Part shown: positions 1 to 7,982 of the stretch, in pieces
Layout: the number at the start of each line of letters is the position of its first letter
Position numbering within the stretch: position 1 is the first letter of the stretch
Assembly: GCA_963769245.1 (NCBI GenBank)
Contig: CAVYKU010000002.1
Span: forward strand, 165,823-229,822
Origin: an uncultured Phycisphaerales bacterium
GTDB lineage: Bacteria > Planctomycetota > Phycisphaerae > Sedimentisphaerales > Anaerobacaceae
DNA length: 64,000 nucleotides
Direction: 5' to 3'
Notes under the pieces: model-generated
What the model was told of the DNA's origin: nothing
What the model saw: only the letters and a program-made list of their open reading frames with translations
Databases searched by the model: none
Program-made: the position numbers and the translations under genes

Positions 1-472
1 GAGAATACGCGAAACTATGGAACGTCGAGTCTCCGACGATGGGCGTATTATTCAGTATATTTGTCCACGCGTCCGTGTCATTGAGCCGGTAATCAATATC
101 GAATGAATTGGTCTTGGAGCTCCACGCCTTGTAATCGAACCGCAAGCTGATATCGGTCCAGCCGGTCGTATTGAGAGTAACAATCCATCTGGCGTTGTCG
201 CCGCTCACCTTTATTTCATCCCACGCCCCCGCCTGACCCGCTGCGTGAGAAACTCCCGCCGCATCCGTGTATGCCACGCCGTCCTTGCCGTCCGGGTCAA
301 GTGTTCCGCCCGAAAGTACCAGTGTGGGCATTGCAACCAGGTTTTCAGCCGTTGGATTTGTGGTATAACCGGCGGCATTGGGGCCAAAATCCCATATTGC
401 CATCTGTGTAGCGCTTGCTGAAGTGATTCCAATTACAGAAATGACCAATATTGCAGAAACTAACCTTTTCAT
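1..472 (-). CDS. secreted hypothetical protein (about 157 N-terminal codons; the 3' end runs off the left edge of the window)
   Basis: My translation of the minus strand from ATG at 472-470 gives MKRLVSAILVISVIGITSASATQMAIWDFGPNAAGYTTNPTAENLV... and stays open to position 1. The N-terminus looks like a signal peptide. It is missing from the ORF track only because no stop lies inside the window. Confidence 0.5.
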   Translation of the reverse strand, partial: MKRLVSAILVISVIGITSASATQMAIWDFGPNAAGYTTNPTAENLVAMPTLVLSGGTLDPDGKDGVAYTDAAGVSHAAGQAGAWDEIKVSGDNARWIVTLNTTGWTDISLRFDYKAWSSKTNSFDIDYRLNDTDAWTNILNNTPIVGDSTFHSFAYS

Positions 473-724
473 CTCTCTCGTCCTTCCCTATAAGTGCTTA
501 CTGGTGTGGTTCTCTCTTCTTCTGGACCTATAAAAACGAAGGTCCTACTATTGATTTCATTATACCACTGTATTTCGTATAAATCAAGTAAATTTTCAAA
601 AAGATGTTGACGCCATTCAAGAAAGCGGTTTATACTCCTGCGATTTTTTGACCTGCCCTTCGTCATGGTAGCGGGTTTGTAGCTTCTACCACGGAGGATA
701 TAGCCGAAATTTTTTGGAGGCAAT

Positions 725-2608
725 ATGGCTGGTGAAGTAAAAGATATTTTGAAAAACAGGGTTAACGGCAAACACTTTGACCGGTTAATTGCGGTTGACC
801 ACCCTAAGATGCACCATTTCATCGCAGATGCTATCGAGCTGACAAATCCGGCTTCTGTCTATGTCTGCACCGACTCGCCGGAGGACGTAGCGCATATCCG
901 CACCCTTGCCATAAAAAACGGCGAGGAAATCCCCCTCGACATCAAGGGCCACACCTGCCATTTCGACGGTATTAACGACCAGGGACGCGATACCTTCAGC
1001 ACAAGATACCTCCTGCCCGCCGGCTCATCGCTCGGCGAATCGCTCAAATCCGTTGAAAAACAGGCAGGCACCAAAGAAATCCGCGACCTCCTCAAAAACA
1101 TAATGGCCGGCAGGGAAATGATTATTTGCTTCTGGACGCTGGGACCAACCGGCTCCGATTTCACCATCCCCTGTCTTCAGATTACCGACTCGCCATACGT
1201 CGTTCACAGCGAATCGCTTCTCTATCGCCCCGGCTACGAGCAGTTCAAAAAACTCGGTGAAAACCATGGCTTTTTCAGATTTCTCCACTCCGAAGGCGAA
1301 CTCGAAAACGGCATCAGCAAAAACTATAATCTTCGCCGCGTTTATATCGACCTCGAAGACGAATTGGTTTACTCCGTAAACACCCAGTACGGCGGCAACA
1401 CAATGGGCCTCAAAAAACTCGCCCTGCGACTCGCCATCCAGAAGGCCTCGCGAGAGGGCTGGCTCGCGGAACACATGTTCGTTATGGGCGCACACGGACC
1501 GAAAGGGCGAGTTACTTATTTCACCGGCGCCTTCCCCTCCGCCTGCGGCAAGACCTCAACCTCGATGCTCCCTGGCCAAACAATCGTCGGCGATGATATT
1601 GCCTATTTCCGCAAAAAAGACGGCCAAATCCGTGCCGTAAACGTCGAAAAAGGCATCTTCGGCATCATCCAGGACGTCAGCGAAAATGACGACCCCGTCA
1701 TTTATAAAGTCCTCACAAGCCCGACAGAGGTCATTTTCTCCAACGTCCTGCTCGACGCGAATAAAAAACCCTACTGGCTCGGCATGGGTTGTGAAATACC
1801 GCCCGAAGGAACCAATTTCTCCGGCGCATGGTTCAACGGTAAATCCGATGACCAGGGCAATCCCATTCCGCCCGCTCACAAAAACGCCCGCTATACCCTC
1901 AGCATCCCCGACCTCGACAACTGCGACCCTGCCCTCAATGACCCCAACGGTGTCCCCATCGGCGGCATGGTTTACGGTGGACGCGACAGCGACACATGGA
2001 ATCCCGTTGAGCAGGCCTTCGACTGGAACGAAGGAATCATCCTGAAAGGCGCGGCTCTCGAATCGGAAACAACTGCAGCGACTCTTGGCAAGCAGGGTGT
2101 CAGAACATTCAACCTTATGTCGAATCTCGACTTCGTTTCGATACCGCTCGGCAAATATGTCCAAATCAATCTCGACTTCGCCAAAGGCGTCAAAAACCCG
2201 CCCCTCATATTCTCCGTCAATTACTTTCTCCGCGGAAAAGACGGCAAATACCTCAATACTATGGCAGACAAGCTCGTCTGGATTCTCTGGGCGGAGCTTC
2301 GTGTCAATGGCGATGTCGATGCAATCAAAACGCCGTCCGGCTTCATACCAATTTATGATGACTTAGCCCGGCTGTTCAGAGAGCATCTCAAAACCCAGTT
2401 CACAAAAGACGATTACGAAAAACAGTTCACGATTCGTGTCCCGGAAAACCTCGCCAAACTCGACCGCGTCGAGAATATTTATCGCCAGAAAGTTCCCGAT
2501 ACTCCCAAAATTCTGTTAGATACCTTCGCCGAAGCCAGAAAACGCTTCAAATCCGCCGCCGAACAGTATGGGGATTATATTTCCCCCTTCGAGCTGCTTG
2601 GTAGGTAG
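725..2608 (+). CDS. pckG: phosphoenolpyruvate carboxykinase (GTP)
   Basis: 627 aa. Carries the FPSACGKTS kinase-1a P-loop typical of GTP-PEPCK, and the length and overall pattern fit the family. Confidence 0.95.
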   Translation: MAGEVKDILKNRVNGKHFDRLIAVDHPKMHHFIADAIELTNPASVYVCTDSPEDVAHIRTLAIKNGEEIPLDIKGHTCHFDGINDQGRDTFSTRYLLPAGSSLGESLKSVEKQAGTKEIRDLLKNIMAGREMIICFWTLGPTGSDFTIPCLQITDSPYVVHSESLLYRPGYEQFKKLGENHGFFRFLHSEGELENGISKNYNLRRVYIDLEDELVYSVNTQYGGNTMGLKKLALRLAIQKASREGWLAEHMFVMGAHGPKGRVTYFTGAFPSACGKTSTSMLPGQTIVGDDIAYFRKKDGQIRAVNVEKGIFGIIQDVSENDDPVIYKVLTSPTEVIFSNVLLDANKKPYWLGMGCEIPPEGTNFSGAWFNGKSDDQGNPIPPAHKNARYTLSIPDLDNCDPALNDPNGVPIGGMVYGGRDSDTWNPVEQAFDWNEGIILKGAALESETTAATLGKQGVRTFNLMSNLDFVSIPLGKYVQINLDFAKGVKNPPLIFSVNYFLRGKDGKYLNTMADKLVWILWAELRVNGDVDAIKTPSGFIPIYDDLARLFREHLKTQFTKDDYEKQFTIRVPENLAKLDRVENIYRQKVPDTPKILLDTFAEARKRFKSAAEQYGDYISPFELLGR

Positions 2609-2877
2609 GGGGCTGATGGTTTTTGCTGCCTGATTACCGTGTTCATACGGACTTTGCAGCATTAAAAATTTGGCTTGAGCAAAATGGCATCGCTTAATTC
2701 TCTGTTTTGCTAACCACTTGAATAATCGCTGTCCCTTCAGTCGTAACCTCTTGCAGCAAAATAAGTTAGCTGCTTTTGGGGCTGTTTTTAGACCTCAACC
2801 TCCGATTTGCCTATTATGCCAATTTCGCTAATTTGGCCTTTAATCTGGGACAAAAAGCAAAAAGTCCTATAATTCAT

Positions 2878-2906
2878 TTGACTTTGTCTCTTAAGCAACG
2901 TAGAAT
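2878..2906 (+). promoter_or_regulatory. putative sigma-70 type promoter (TTGACT-17 nt-TAGAAT) upstream of the sigma-54 activator gene
   Basis: TTGACT at 2878-2883, a 17-nt spacer, then TAGAAT at 2901-2906. It lies about 125 nt upstream of the ORF start. Confidence 0.4.
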
Positions 2907-3033
2907 AAGATATTGAAGAAGAAATGGGAGAGATTGCCCTCATCTTCACGCAGGGCATTCTCACCAAAATCGTGTTTTCGCGGCGGTGCAAGGGTGAATG
3001 TGTCTGCACTGGAGATGGGGCGATAAGTAATGA

Positions 3034-4104
3034 GTGATAGTTCGCGCAAGGTGCCTTCTGGCGCAAAAAGAGTTGAGCTTTCAGAACGGAAACGGCAAGC
3101 ACGGACAGCAGGATTCTGCGTCTGCGCAGTCGTTTTATACTCGCACGCATAACCATTTTCTCGGCAATTCCGCTGCGTTCAACTCCGTAATGGAGATTAT
3201 CAGGGCTATTGCCGCTCGTGAATGTCCGGTTATTATTACCGGCGAAACAGGCGTCGGCAAGGAAATGGTCGCCCGCCAGATTCACGTCTCAGGCAGCCGC
3301 GCCGACCGCGTTTTTGTCCCCGTCGATTGTACCACCCTTACAGGCCAGTTATTCGAGAGCCAGTTATTCGGCCATGTCAAAGGCGCATTCACAAGCGCTG
3401 TTGACAGCACGCTCGGTTTCTTCAGGGCGGCAGACGGCGGCACGATTTTCCTCGATGAAATAAGCGAAATACCCCTCGAGCTTCAGGCAAAGCTCCTCCG
3501 CGTCCTCCAGGAACGCCGTGTAACGCCCCTCGGCTCCGCTATGTCGTATCCCGTTGATGTCCGCGTCCTGTGCGCGACCTGCAAGGATTTGTATGGTATG
3601 GTCAAAAAGGGCACATTCCGCTCAGACCTTTATTACCGCCTCGACGTTGTTCGCCTTGAGGTGCCTCCGCTTCGTCATCGCAGGGAAGACATCCTCGATT
3701 TGGCCGAATACTTCCTAAAAAACCAGTCGGCCTTCTACAATGAGCCGCCCAAGACATTCAGTGAATCCGTCAAACGCCTCCTGCTTAATTACGCCTGGCC
3801 CGGCAACGTCCGCGAGCTTGCCAACGCCATCGAGCGTGCTTACGTTCTCACCGAGGGCCCCGAAATTCAGCCCGCCGTAATGCCTTTCGAAATCATAATA
3901 GCTGATTCGCCTTCTTATCCCAAAGACCAGTTGCCGACCCTCGATGAAGTAAAACGCAGGGTCATTACCCAGACCATCGAATACACCAAAGGCCGAAAAA
4001 TCGCCGCCGCAAGAATTCTCGGCATCGATCGCCGCCAACTCAATCGCCTTATGGAAAAATTCGGCATCCCTGCTGCCGAAGCCGACGAAAACACAAAACA
4101 GTAA
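3034..4104 (+). CDS. sigma-54-dependent transcriptional activator (bEBP): AAA+ domain plus C-terminal Fis-type HTH, with no N-terminal sensory/receiver domain
   Basis: Walker A GETGVGKE, GAFTGA-type loop (GHVKGAFTSA) and ESQLFGH are present, and the C-terminal ...AAARILGIDRRQLNRLMEKFGI is an HTH. Only about 45 aa precede the AAA+ core. The start (GTG at 3034) is uncertain. Confidence 0.85.
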   Translation: MIVRARCLLAQKELSFQNGNGKHGQQDSASAQSFYTRTHNHFLGNSAAFNSVMEIIRAIAARECPVIITGETGVGKEMVARQIHVSGSRADRVFVPVDCTTLTGQLFESQLFGHVKGAFTSAVDSTLGFFRAADGGTIFLDEISEIPLELQAKLLRVLQERRVTPLGSAMSYPVDVRVLCATCKDLYGMVKKGTFRSDLYYRLDVVRLEVPPLRHRREDILDLAEYFLKNQSAFYNEPPKTFSESVKRLLLNYAWPGNVRELANAIERAYVLTEGPEIQPAVMPFEIIIADSPSYPKDQLPTLDEVKRRVITQTIEYTKGRKIAAARILGIDRRQLNRLMEKFGIPAAEADENTKQ

Positions 4105-4176
4105 CCCTGTCCTGTTCTTCCGAAAGCCGCATCACAAAATCATAAATCAGCAATTATAAATGACGATGTTCCATTC

Positions 4177-4273
4177 TGGTCACCTGTGACTAAAGTGGTC
4201 ATATCATCGAAGTCCCATTCTGACGCAAGGACTTACGACAATAATTATCGCTTATCTATGACCAATATGGTCA
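4177..4273. promoter_or_regulatory. candidate enhancer (UAS) region with TGGTCA/TGACCA half-sites
   Basis: TGGTCACCTGTGAC at 4177-4190 contains the inverted repeat GTCAC-CT-GTGAC. TGGTCA recurs at 4196-4201, and a perfect palindrome TGACCA-ATA-TGGTCA sits at 4259-4273. The region lies 100-195 bp upstream of the -24/-12 element, which is the usual position for bEBP sites. Confidence 0.3.
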
Positions 4274-4371
4274 GCAATATTTTTGTACCCGTTTATTGCT
4301 GTCGAAAAATCAATTAACGTAACCCCTTTGCTGTAAACGACTTAAAAAAATCTATTTTTCGCGGCACGGTC

Positions 4372-4387
4372 TGGCACGCCATTCGCT
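4372..4387 (+). promoter_or_regulatory. putative sigma-54 (-24/-12) promoter
   Basis: TGGCACGccatTCGCT compared with the consensus TGGCACG-N4-TTGCW. The GG and GC are correctly spaced. It lies about 70 nt upstream of the 4458 ORF and directly downstream of a bEBP gene. Confidence 0.55.
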
Positions 4388-4457
4388 CTATATGTATAGC
4401 GAAGAAAAAAATAAAGCATCCGTAGGCAAATAGGCCGCAGAGTATTTAGGAACGTAG

Positions 4458-4883
4458 ATGGTTGTTCTTGTTCAGGCGACAGTTTTAACAGTGGGTTTAA
4501 ACGGCAGAAATGAAGTGTTAAGAGAACTGCCGATAAGATTGATAAAAATGCAGTCGGGTCTTGAGGCTGCTCGTTCTTTGAAAAATGAAAAGGTGAACAG
4601 CGTAATCAGCAGATGGGATTTGGATGATATGCCCGATGGAAGATTTCTCAAATCTTTCAAAGCGGCTAAACCCTATATCCCCACGATTGCCCTGATAAAG
4701 TCAGGCAGCAAAGTTCAGGAAATCGCTGCCAGGTCTTTGGGCGTCTCCGCGGTCCTTGCTGAGGATGCAACCGACAATGTCTTAAGAGACACGGTTGTCA
4801 ATCTGCTCGGTATCCATGGTGATGTCGCCATCAAGGCAATATATTCTGCTGGTAATGTTGAGGAGCTAATGAGAGAAGGCTGA
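4458..4883 (+). CDS. stand-alone receiver-like (pseudo-receiver) domain protein
   Basis: 141 aa. Aligned by eye to CheY, VISRWDLDDMPDGRFLKSFK...IPTIALIKSG...GVSAVLAED resembles VISDWNMPNMDGLELLK...PVLMVTA...GASGYVVKP. The phospho-acceptor Asp position is Arg, the acidic pocket is LN, and the conserved Lys is Glu. An AGGAAC RBS-like sequence precedes the ATG. Confidence 0.55.
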   Translation: MVVLVQATVLTVGLNGRNEVLRELPIRLIKMQSGLEAARSLKNEKVNSVISRWDLDDMPDGRFLKSFKAAKPYIPTIALIKSGSKVQEIAARSLGVSAVLAEDATDNVLRDTVVNLLGIHGDVAIKAIYSAGNVEELMREG

Positions 4884-4969
4884 TTCCGATGGCTTATCCG
4901 GCTGCGGCTTGGCGGCTTCGCCGAGACCGGTCGGGATATCGAAAAGCCATCATCTTTCTGAGAGCACGC

Positions 4970-5725
4970 ACGGCCTGCGCCGTGATTAAATAGCTCATGA
5001 GGAGTTTTCTCCCCCCAAGCTGGGTTTGTTACCGTGAAAAGATTAAAAAAATCTAAAGCGAGGTCAATAAACCCGGCACGAATATCGACATCCTGTCCCG
5101 TATGGAACGGGGTGATTAAGATAACAAATTCTACACATATTCTCTCTCTCTCCCTTCTTCGCTGGATTTGATACTCTCTCTCTTCTCAAATCCAGCTCGC
5201 AACCATACGCGGTCAATCGGCCGCGACAAGGGTAATAAACTCATTCTCTCTCTCCCTTCTTCGCTGGGTTTCGACTCTCTTCGCAAACCCAGCTCAAATA
5301 CAACCGCGGCTTAGCCGTGATTAGTATAAAAGCTCATTCTCTCTCCCCTTCTTCGCTGGGTTTCGACTCTCTTCGCAAACCCAGCTCAAATACAACCGCG
5401 GCTTGGCCGCGATTAGTATAAAAGCTCATTCTCTCTCCCCTTCTTCGCTGGATTTGAAACTCTCTTCGCAAATCCAGCTCAAATACAACCGCGGCTTGGC
5501 CGCGATTAGTATAAAAGCTCATTCTCTCTCCCCTTCTTCGCTGGATTTGAAACTCTCTTCGCAAATCCAGCAGTTTAAAAGCGCCCCGTAGCATTGAGAA
5601 CGGCGGGACGATAGTAATACGGTAGCGGAGGCGGGTAAAGTAGTGGAGGCGGGTAAGTTAGTTCTCCCTTTTCTTCGCTGGGTTACAGCTTGTTTCCAAA
5701 AAACAGGCGAACCCAGCATGGCTGT
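4970..5725 (+). repeat. tandem array of 92-104 nt structured units (5 good units plus degenerate copies at each end); candidate ncRNA array
   Basis: Units lie at 5137-5240, 5241-5333, 5334-5425, 5426-5518 and 5519-~5571, with degenerate copies at ~4970-5040 and 5661-5717. Each unit has a CU-rich tract, hairpin A (GCTGGRTTT...AAAYCCAGC) and hairpin B (CGCGGC-TTG-GCCGCG). Strand assignment is tentative. Confidence 0.85.
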
Positions 5726-5775
5726 TCGCATAATCGTGTGTGCGATTGTGCTTTAAGATAACAGTGTGAAAGTCG

Positions 5776-5821
5776 CTGGGCCGGTCAGGTTAAAAAACCT
5801 GTTCGGCCCAGTAAGTTTTTA
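5776..5821 (+). terminator. intrinsic terminator
   Basis: CTGGGCCGGTCAGGTT-aaaa-AACCTGTTCGGCCCAG forms a near-perfect long hairpin followed by TAAGTTTTT. Confidence 0.7.
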
Positions 5822-5929
5822 CCGCGGAAATATCGGGCCTGGAATCAAGCCGGCTCGCGCAAGTAATGCCCGCGTCAGGAAAGACACGGGGAATATGTTT
5901 GGCAGTTTGTAGCAAAAAGGAGTGTTTGA

Positions 5930-6058
5930 ATGTCAAAGATTTATGTAGTATTCAAAGATGTGTTATTGTTCCCCCTGTTGCTGTCTATTGGCTTTTTGGC
6001 AGCCGTCATATTGATGAATTCACCGCTTGTTAGGGCACTGTGGATGGAAGGTATTTAA
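5930..6058 (+). CDS. small hydrophobic protein (42 aa), hypothetical
   Basis: AAGGAG lies 8 nt upstream of ATG at 5930. The product is MSKIYVVFKDVLLFPLLLSIGFLAAVILMNSPLVRALWMEGI, with one predicted TM helix. It is below the ORF-track size cutoff. Confidence 0.35.
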   Translation: MSKIYVVFKDVLLFPLLLSIGFLAAVILMNSPLVRALWMEGI

Positions 6059-6114
6059 CATTCGTCATTGCTGTTAATCCGCTATATCCTGCGTCCAATC
6101 TCCGAACCCCCAAA

Positions 6115-6134
6115 AGGGTGAAAGACGGGATTCG
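6115..6134 (-). repeat. 20-nt direct duplicate of the tRNA-His 3' end (att-like scar)
   Basis: AGGGTGAAAGACGGGATTCG at 6115-6134 is identical to 6266-6285, which covers the T-loop to the 3' end of tRNA-His plus 2 nt. Confidence 0.8.
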
Positions 6135-6214
6135 CTTCGCGGCTCCCCTAAGGGGTGTCGAATCCTGTTCTGCCGCTTCGCGTCAGGCGGGTTCTCATCC
6201 CTGGTTTGAACTCC

Positions 6215-6250
6215 AAAAAAATAGACCCCAGATAACGACGTTCTGGGGCC
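6215..6250 (-). terminator. intrinsic terminator downstream of tRNA-His
   Basis: The minus strand reads GGCCCCAGA-acgtcgtta-TCTGGGGTC followed by TATTTTTTTGG. Confidence 0.65.
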
Positions 6251-6267
6251 TTCGCGTTGCTACGGAG

Positions 6268-6342
6268 GGTGAAAGACGGGATTCGAACCCGCGACCCTCG
6301 GAACCACAATCCGATGCTCTATCCAACTGAGCTACTCTCACC
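6268..6342 (-). tRNA. tRNA-His (anticodon GTG), with G-1 encoded and no encoded CCA
   Basis: The minus strand reads GGTGAGAGTAGCTCAGTTGGATAGAGCATCGGATTGTGGTTCCGAGGGTCGCGGGTTCGAATCCCGTCTTTCACC. It folds by hand into a cloverleaf with anticodon loop TTGTGGT and an 8-bp acceptor stem including G-1:C73. Confidence 0.9.
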
Positions 6343-6355
6343 GCTACAGTTCGTT

Positions 6356-6384
6356 ATTTTACACTCATTGTCGATTATATGCAA
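6356..6384 (-). promoter_or_regulatory. putative sigma-70 promoter for tRNA-His (TTGCAT-17 nt-TAAAAT)
   Basis: On the minus strand TTGCAT lies at 6384-6379 and TAAAAT at 6361-6356, with a 17-nt spacer. This is about 14 nt upstream of the tRNA 5' end. Confidence 0.45.
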
Positions 6385-6448
6385 GTTCCGCAGTTTTTTA
6401 ACACTAAGGCACAAAGAAAAAACTTAGTGTCTTGGTGGCAAAAATATT

Positions 6449-6649
6449 TTACCGATGGCCGAGTAATCTCGCAGGCAAAAACAAAATGGCCTTAATCAGT
6501 GCAAGAAACGCCTCCGCGGCAATACCCACAACACGAAACGGAATCGACAAGAGCCACACAAACGGCCACAAAATAAGCGCTAACAACGCTATAGGCCAGC
6601 ACAGCACTAACAAAATCGCCCACAACAGTAATATGAGTAATACCTTCAC
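6449..6649 (-). CDS. small integral membrane protein, hypothetical
   Basis: 66 aa and almost entirely hydrophobic (MKVLLILLLWAILLVLCWPIALLALILWPFVWLL...), which suggests two TM helices. Confidence 0.4.
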   Translation of the reverse strand: MKVLLILLLWAILLVLCWPIALLALILWPFVWLLSIPFRVVGIAAEAFLALIKAILFLPARLLGHR

Positions 6650-6892
6650 CGTCTGTCTCCTTAAATTGACCTGCCCGGTATTATAGCGTGAGCCGATGAT
6701 GAAAACCAGCGGATTTGATTGGCCGCAAAAATGTACAAAAAGTTTAGACGCAGATTAACGCAGATTTACGCTGTTTTTTCTGTACGCTGAACGCTGTCCG
6801 CTGTCCAGCAACCCCTTTTATTTTATGGGGGCATCTTATACAATCACTGAAAATGATTTCATCAGTCCGTATTTTTCTTTTTGAGGTTATCT

Positions 6893-7243
6893 ATGACAAT
6901 TGCTTTTGGCAAACAGAGTAAAGATGGCTACAAAAAACCCCTTAAGGGTATCAGGCAAAAGACCCTTTGTTTTGGCGAGCGCACATTGATGACCGAATTT
7001 CTTCTCGATAAAAATAACATCCTGCCTGAACACAGCCATCCCTACGAGCAGACGGGCTACCTCGTAAAAGGCCATATACTGCTCAAAATAGGAGATACCC
7101 AGCACGATACCCGCCCCGGCGATTCGTGGTGCATACCCGCCGACGTCCGCCACGGCGCCCAAATCATCGAGGACTCCACCGCAATCGAGATTTTTTCGCC
7201 CGTCAGGGAAGATTATATACCGAAAGACGCGGAAAATGTTTAG
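6893..7243 (+). CDS. cupin domain protein
   Basis: Cupin motifs EHSHPYEQTGYLVKG and ...GDSWCIPADVRHG are present. GAGG lies 8 nt upstream of ATG 6893. The track ORF starts at TTG 6881. Confidence 0.8.
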   Translation: MTIAFGKQSKDGYKKPLKGIRQKTLCFGERTLMTEFLLDKNNILPEHSHPYEQTGYLVKGHILLKIGDTQHDTRPGDSWCIPADVRHGAQIIEDSTAIEIFSPVREDYIPKDAENV

Positions 7244-7323
7244 CCACAGATTGCACAGATGACACTGTTTATTTTAATTTTCAGGACGAAGGCGGCTGTT
7301 GCTTTTATTCTCCGGCGATAAAC

Positions 7324-7800
7324 TCACTGGCTGCGGGGCTTATCTGCGGTGCTATGCGGCTGGTTAGCATCAACTTTTGGCCAAATGACCTTTGAAGAAT
7401 GATTGTTGTAATTGGCGGTGAACTTGAAATTTCCATCGGTGGTTTTCTGCACCTGCAAATTAGTATGGTCCATCCCGCCGAGCCATACGTATTCAACGTA
7501 ATCAGAAGAAATATCAATTCTTAAAATTTCCAATTTTCTCAATTCAGGCGGGATGGGCTTTTTATCTGTCCCGTAGACACCAATAACCCCCGATTTTGGG
7601 TCATATTCCTGCAGGTATTTTTTGGTTCGTTCAATCCAGACGGGGATATCTTTGGCGGTGATAGAATCCATATATTTACAGCCGTATTCCTGGGCTACTT
7701 TCATACGCCAAAACAGGGGGACAGCAAGGCAAATCGGCCACACTATATAATAACCAACTGCGCCGAGAACAAGGATTATCAAAACATGTTTAAATTTCAT
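7324..7800 (-). CDS. membrane-anchored hypothetical protein
   Basis: 158 aa with an N-terminal TM/signal anchor (MKFKHVLIILVLGAVGYYIVWPICLAVPLFW). I recognised no family. Confidence 0.6.
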   Translation of the reverse strand: MKFKHVLIILVLGAVGYYIVWPICLAVPLFWRMKVAQEYGCKYMDSITAKDIPVWIERTKKYLQEYDPKSGVIGVYGTDKKPIPPELRKLEILRIDISSDYVEYVWLGGMDHTNLQVQKTTDGNFKFTANYNNHSSKVIWPKVDANQPHSTADKPRSQ

Positions 7801-7982
7801 TATATTTCTGTATACGTCTGGGTTCTAAGCACATTGATAATATCCACCACTCTTTGTCATCAATTTAATATGTTGGCCGGAAAGAGTCAAGGACGCTTCG
7901 CGAGAAAGATATTCGAGGTTTATTGTTCGTTGTTCGTGCTCCGAAGAGAGAAGGCCAAAAGGAGCGATTATCATTAAGATTA

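Noticed and set aside
2924-3037. 37-aa upstream ORF (MGEIALIFTQGILTKIVFSRRCKGECVCTGDGAISNE) in the leader of the sigma-54 activator gene
   Set aside because: It has only a weak purine tract upstream and no recognisable family. It could equally reflect an undetected frameshift at the activator N-terminus, so the evidence is insufficient to call it.
5137-5571. Possible CRISPR array
   Set aside because: The whole 92-93 nt unit is repeated, so there are no unique spacers between short repeats. No cas genes lie in the window.
5334-5594. An 86-aa ORF (minus) and the 62-aa ORF 5403..5591 (plus), both with internally repeated peptide sequence
   Set aside because: They are read-through of the 92/93-nt tandem units. 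Unit length is not a constant multiple of three, so the frame is lost between units. The stems show compensatory changes that fit structure rather than coding.
6135-6265. Integrated genomic island between the two tRNA-His 3'-end copies
   Set aside because: Only 131 bp lie between the repeats, and they contain just the tRNA terminator. No integrase or cargo is present. I report it only as a scar.
6040-6330. 96-aa ORF on the plus strand
   Set aside because: It runs antisense through tRNA-His, its terminator and the duplicated tRNA fragment. It has no RBS and an implausible composition.
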